Assembly: GCA_030141605.1 (NCBI GenBank)
Contig: JAQGDQ010000001.1
Coordinates: forward strand, 2,666,001-2,730,000
From: Tubiluchus corallicola
Lineage: Eukaryota > Animalia > Priapulida
Length of the DNA: 64,000 nt
Reading direction: 5' to 3'
The translations under genes and the position numbers were made by a program. The notes under the pieces are model-generated. The model saw only the letters and a list, made by a program, of their open reading frames with translations, was not told the origin of the DNA and made no database searches. Positions 60,948-64,000 of this stretch are shown piece by piece. Numbering within the stretch: position 1 is the stretch's first letter; each line of letters opens with the position of its first letter.

Positions 60948-61560
60948 GTGTTATAATAATTATCTATCCCGCGCATTTATATACAGTGTTTCATAAATCC
61001 TTCACTAACTTTATTTTCAATTTTTTGCAACTAATCGTAAATAGTTTATGTTGTTGTAAACTCTTACTGAACAGAACTGAGTATTCTTACTACGTTTTTA
61101 CTGCCTATTTGCTGCATACAATACTATGAATACGTTTAATATTTAACAAGCACATAATTTAGTGCTTTTATTTTAATATCTTCTTCATCTTCTGTGAACT
61201 TAATGATAGTTATGTAATAATGCGTTTATTTAATATGGACCGTAAAGATCAGTTACCCCATTTGTGTATGCGGTGAAATACATGTAGCTTTTACTATGGT
61301 CAATAAACTAACTAACAAACTACTTTCACTTAGGTTAAATTTTTGTGACTTTTGTTGTGCTTTTTATATTTTAACGCAAGAGAAAAATACATTTCTTAAT
61401 CATAGTTTTAGCAAGCAGTTCGTAAATTAAATACGGTAGGTGTTGTAATTATTATCTGTCACGCGAGTTTATATACAGTGTTTGATAAACCCTTCACTAA
61501 CTTTATTTTAAATTTTTTGCAACTAATCAAAAATAATTCATGTTGAGGTAAACTTTTACC
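60948..61560. repeat. Two diverged direct copies of a ~120 bp segment (60948-61067 and 61440-61560)
   Basis: Both contain tttatatacagtgttt.ataaa.ccttcactaactttatttt.aattttttgcaactaatc; TA|CAGTGT resembles a Tc1/mariner end. Confidence 0.75.
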
Positions 61561-61642
61561 TGAGAATTTTTTGAGTCAGTATCTGAAGTTCTGCTTTTTC
61601 TCTGCTTCTATGCTGATTCTAGAACAGAGACGTAAAATCCCT

Positions 61643-61674
<32 letters not shown>

Positions 61675-61989
61675 CATTACATATAAATAATAAAATAATA
61701 TATACCAATGCCGTGCTAAATATATATATATATACATACAAAAGAGCGTGTATGTAAAAGTCGAGGTGTAAATATATATCGAGGCAGTAGTCTCACGAAG
61801 CCAAGTTTGACACTACTAAAATTCTCGTGAATGGGAAACTCGGCTGTCCATTGGTTCCTATTGTTGCCGAAAAAAATGAGGGACTTTTGAAACACCTGGC
61901 ATTTACATGGAATTATATTTGCACATATATAAACAAGCTCACCTCGAACTATTGGTCAAGAGAACTGAAGTCAAGACCGTTGATCAGCA

Positions 61990-62520
61990 ATGATGTCAGT
62001 GGAGCCATTTTGAATTTAAGATGGCGAATCTAAAAGCTGACTCTGTCAGTTAATGCAGAATTCCATATATTTCTGTAAAGTTTCATGACGATTCCATGCA
62101 AATTGCAAAACCTTGGGCTTTTTTTCGAGAATAATTTTTTCGACGTTATTTTGAATTCAAAATAGCAGATCAAAATCCAACCCCGTCGGCCGCCACTAAA
62201 TCCACTGTAATATATTCCACAAAGTTTCATGAAGATCCGACGCGAACTTGTGAAGTTTTGGTCTTTTCCGAAAATAATGTTTTCGCCGCCATCTTGAATT
62301 CAAAACGGCAGATCGAAACCCGATTTCGTTGGTCAATCTGTATTTTCCTCAGGTATTTTTCTTAATAGTTTCGCGACGATTCGTGGCAAATTTACAGAGC
62401 CTTGCCTTTTTTCGAAAATGTGCTATTGCCGCCATCTTGAATTAAACAGGATGGATGGAAAATACGACGCCGCCATTTAATGCAGAATTAGTTGTATTAT
62501 ATTCTTATGAAGTTTTAAGA
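61990..62520. repeat. Diverged tandem array of ~142-bp units (~3.5 copies), Helitron/Helentron-associated minisatellite-like
   Basis: The gccgccatcttgaatt-type anchor (ttgaatt) recurs at 62010, 62151, 62294 and 62437 (spacing 141, 143, 143); units also share aagtttcatga.gat.c and ttttt.cgaaaat. Confidence 0.75.
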
Positions 62521-63384
62521 CCCTTAGGCTTTTTTAAAAGGTCATCTCCCAACAACAAATACAAGAACAACAACATGAGTAGCGATTTGGGTCGAGCAAC
62601 AACCAAAAAATTATTAATGTAACATTCTTTTTCCCATTGGTTATCTCAAGCACTAGTGATGTTGTAGTAATATATAGTAATAACTGATCAAGGTACAATA
62701 TCAAAAATGCACATGACTGATAGTAGGCTTTAAATAAAGTATGCATGACTAATGTGCTAACACGACAAGGATTTATGGAATTATTCTACTAATTAGTTAC
62801 TTAGCAAGCAAAAATGGTGACCTTTTTACGTTTCGTGTTATTAATCAAAGTCATTCTCTAAAATATAATAATAATGACTTATTTATTATGTTCATTTTAA
62901 ACTTAATTTTTGAGCTCAGTTAGTAGAATAAGTCCATCCATAAGGTTAAAAAAGCTTGCCAGCCGATTGATAAAACTCTGAACAGTCATAAAGTTTTCTT
63001 CGCAAGATCAAAGCAGGGATTAGTGTGGCGGTTTAATACTTGTACTACTAAAAGTACACACTAATATTAAGTTTGATACAAAAATGCATGCCAAATTTGG
63101 ACGAACTAAAGACGACAACGTTTTTCGCACAAGTTAGTTAAATTTGTTTCGTTTGGTTTGAAAACTGTCTCATTTAATGCTCTTCTTTCGTTTACATTTT
63201 GCAATAAAATTATAATACTTACTCGAAGAAAATAAGTGCTTGGAGTGCATGAAACGTTTCTCGAGTATTTCCTATTATCCTTCCTGCATAGGATCCTACA
63301 TATCCACATAATCCTTCCTACATTGCACAAAGCGTCAAACAACAAAATAAATTTTCGCATATTGTTTTATTTCTGCAGGTTCTA

Positions 63385-63660
63385 ATGCTCAGAAGAATGC
63401 CACTCTGTTGGTGGATTAATCATAAACACGCTTTGGACAGCATTCAGCATTGGATAAGTTGTAAACAGGAAGTGAGGAAATTACAGATTTTGGCTCTGAT
63501 TGTCCAAACGCAATTCTTGTGTAAAAGAAATCAAGAACTGTGTTTGGACATCAGTGCTGAGATTCTTAGAACGTTCGCAACTCCTACTCCCAGACATAAT
63601 ATTAATGAGAATGTTCACCTGTGTCATAAATTTTCACTAAGGGTGATTGCAAAATTCCTA
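63385..63660 (+). mobile_element. Degraded non-LTR (RTE-like) reverse transcriptase fragment
   Basis: MPLCWWINHKHALDSIQH resembles the PLCL.FIDY.KAFDSV.H RT motif. Confidence 0.4.
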
Positions 63661-64000
63661 GTTAAAAATTTAGACATGCAGAGTTTAAATCTATTTACTT
63701 AATTTTGTAATTTCTTGTATGGGTAGGTGTAGCTTAAACTATTCTTATGTAAAAGTGATGCTGCAATGGTGGTTTGTATTGAAATATTTTTCAGCGATGC
63801 AAAACTTATATAAATTCACTTTAACTTAAAATTAACATGAAAGAAGAATAGAAGATTGTGATGATGTTGGTAGTAGTGAGGGTGATAACGATGACAATGA
63901 CGGTGACGGTGACGATAATGATGAAAGCCATAACAATGGTGGTATACTGTTATGCATGCCACAGTTTTCTTGTAACAGTCAATGGAACTATCATGTAATT

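Overview
AT-rich, intron-rich animal genomic DNA (invertebrate; the FTZ-F1 sequence is arthropod/ecdysozoan-like, but the taxon cannot be fixed from this window). Three spliced genes were reconstructed by hand with consistent splice phases. (1) GPCPD1/GDE5 glycerophosphocholine phosphodiesterase, + strand, 11622-24401, 16 coding exons, about 707 aa. (2) The NR5A nuclear receptor ftz-f1, + strand, 36350-45859, 4 coding exons, about 551 aa. (3) A convergent - strand gene, 57308-50172, about 260-297 aa, resembling the C-terminal part of C7orf57-type (probably ciliary) proteins, with an RFX X-box-like site upstream. The first 10 kb hold a nested transposon cluster: a Harbinger remnant, a truncated Mag-like Ty3/Gypsy element with one LTR and a tRNA-Ser PBS, MITEs and a palindromic-unit repeat family. 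Microsatellites and TE relics are scattered throughout. I found no convincing wholly new biological system. The best leads are a candidate GC-AG intron plus a 15-nt microexon in GPCPD1, HR3/HR4/FTZ-F1-type response elements around ftz-f1, and the all-phase-2 gene. All identifications rest on motif recognition without database searches.
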